NCBI GenBank assembly: GCA_002633005.1 | Contig: NMRA01000038.1 | Coordinates: 891,329-955,328 of the forward strand | Reading direction: 5' to 3' | Origin: Phoronis australis | Taxonomy: Eukaryota; Animalia; Phoronida | Length of the DNA: 64,000 nucleotides | Part shown: positions 61,891 through 64,000 of the stretch, in pieces | Numbering within the stretch: the first letter of the stretch is position 1 | How the letters are laid out: every line of letters starts with the position of its first letter | The notes under the pieces: generated by a model | The model's database searches: none | Told to the model about the DNA's origin: nothing | What the model saw: the letters and a program-made list of their open reading frames with translations, nothing else | Translations under genes and position numbers: made by a program

Positions 61891-63588
61891 ATATCACACA
61901 CTGAATGATGAACATTGCAATAAATGAATCTACCTTTCTCGACTCGCCTCGACTTTTGTAACTACTTTCTGTCAGAGGCCTGGTGTCAGTGGTCGTGACC
62001 GTTTAAGAAACGCCAACTTTTTCTTGTTAGAATGATGTTTTTACTTAAAACCAAAGAAGCAAAATAAAAATAAAGGGAATCTGTAAAATAATTTTTAAGG
62101 AACTAATCTAGCTTACTTCGCATCTTTTCATGCTAAACTTCCACCGTGAAAATATCGTCTGCTACAGTAGGTAACCAATGGTTACTGAGTATAATGTCTA
62201 ATTCAAAGGATCCTGGCGACACATTGCTCGCATTCAAACTGGAGATCAATGACTTACAAATGAAAGAAAATGACAGATAAATTTTACTGAATTAAAGATG
62301 TCGTTTATTGAAATTGTGCATCTTATTTTTCATAGGGTATAAATGTCGGTACCATGCCATTTGTTGAACATGCGATTGTTGCGCGTGCTCATCGAAGTTT
62401 TTTATTTTCTCATTCGATGACGTCAGCTGCTGCATGGTGCAGTAGTAAAGTCGACAACTCGAAACTCTTGCGAAGCGGGCTTGAAACCGGGCTCTGTTTC
62501 CCGACAAAATGTTATTTAACGCCGTTAAATAACTAATTAATGGGTTTATTTAACGGTTGTATTGGCCATTTGAGGCTGATATTGTGGTATAAACTGATAT
62601 ATTTTGGACTGAAACTGGTGATTTTTGAACTGTTTAGCTTCCTCGTTATTGTAAGATCTTTTATTACGTAAGGAAATAGGATGACAATTAGCCAAAATAG
62701 ATGTTATGTTTCGTTCTCTGGTAGCTGTTTTAGTAACTCTTTGAACCAGGGTAGATAATTTGCTTGCTGGGCAAGCATATGAACACTAGATTGCTATTTG
62801 GATTTAACCTCGTTTTGGAAATCCCTGTTGTCTGGAGTTAACACCAAACGATATGTTTTTGCAATGATTAGAGGCTTGGCACAATCCCATCAAAATTGTC
62901 TCTGATTAAAGTTTGACAACACTCGACAATATTATCTTACTACAACAAAAGTTCCAGTTCATTTCTAAGCGATTAACCAGCCCTCGCTGTCTGGCAGTCT
63001 GGTAATTGGTTTTATTGGAATCAGCAATAGGTTTGTATGAGTGTTCGCATCTCCTGTTTGATCTCCTTGGCCTTGTCCACAAATTAAGTGTCTCAAAAAA
63101 CAGACATAGATACGCTCCAAACTTCGCAAATATGAAGTTAAGGGTGATTATTAGTTTCTGGTAATAATGGCACGCAACAACCTTCAGTATTTGTTAAAAT
63201 CTTTGAAAATTTTACCTCTGACATCACTTTGAATTTCTTTACCTTTTGCTGAATGATAAATGTTTAGTCATAACCATGGTATCAAAGAAAAGTCTTGTGG
63301 ACTCAATTTTTTGTTTTGGTAAAGCGACTTGTATCAGGAGATGGTGACATCTTTGCTGAAGTAAAATTTCCTCAGAAATGCTGTTCACTGGTAATTTAAT
63401 GTTCACAATTCCACTAAAATGAGAGTTATTCTGGCATTTCATTCCAAATTGCATGCAACCTTGTTAACAAAAAGTAGTTTATTGAAGAAATGGCACAAAA
63501 AAGTAATTTGACAATAGGTGGTGCTTTATTACATGCTTCTATAAATGGCCAATTGCCCTAACTGCTGCCTTCCATGTGCAACATTTCA

Positions 63589-64000
63589 GATCTTACTGTG
63601 GTATTGGTTGTTCATCTTACTAACTGTGGTATTGGTTGTTCATCTTACTAACCGTGGTATTGGTTGTTCATCTTACTAACCGTGGTATTGGTTGTTCATC
63701 TTACTAACCGTGGTATTGGTTGTTCATCTTACTAACCGTGGTATTGGTTGTTCATCTTACTAACCGTGGTATTGGTTGTTCATCTTACTAACCGTGGTAT
63801 TGGTTGTTCATCTTACTAACCGTGGTATTGGTTGTTCATCTTACTAACCGTGGTATTGGTTGTTCATCTTACTAACCGTGGTATTGGTTGTTCATCTTAC
63901 TAACCGTGGTATTGGTTGTTCATCTTACTAACCGTGGTATTGGTTGTTCATCTTACTAACCGTGGTATTGGTTGTTCATCTTACTAACCGTGGTATTGGT
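63589..64000. repeat. 28-bp minisatellite, at least 14 copies, runs off the window
   Basis: (CTTACTAACCGTGGTATTGGTTGTTCAT)n, nearly homogeneous. Confidence 0.96.

Overview
AT-rich, repeat-laden animal (invertebrate-like) genomic DNA, not prokaryotic; nearly all ORFs in the supplied track are spurious or exon fragments. Two multi-exon genes are arranged head-to-head, with start codons about 280 bp apart. MED13 (Mediator kinase-module subunit) is on the minus strand: 7 coding exons reconstructed at 36114->1500, a 24-kb intron 2, continuing past the left edge. BLTP2/KIAA0100/hobbit (bridge-like lipid transfer protein) is on the plus strand: 19 coding exons reconstructed at 36394->61423, with one likely GC-AG intron, continuing past the right edge. 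All exon phases join consistently. The introns contain: a decayed Academ(X)-type DNA transposon with a nested fold-back element carrying a minimal hammerhead ribozyme; a TA-flanked transposon with a HIRAN-like pseudo-ORF; four copies of a Helentron/HINE-like element, three with arrays of 8 CTCF-like motifs at about 150-bp spacing; tRNA-derived SINEs; several MITEs; and many minisatellites. There is also a probable assembly-overlap duplication at an N. Family assignments come from my recall of motifs, not from database searches.
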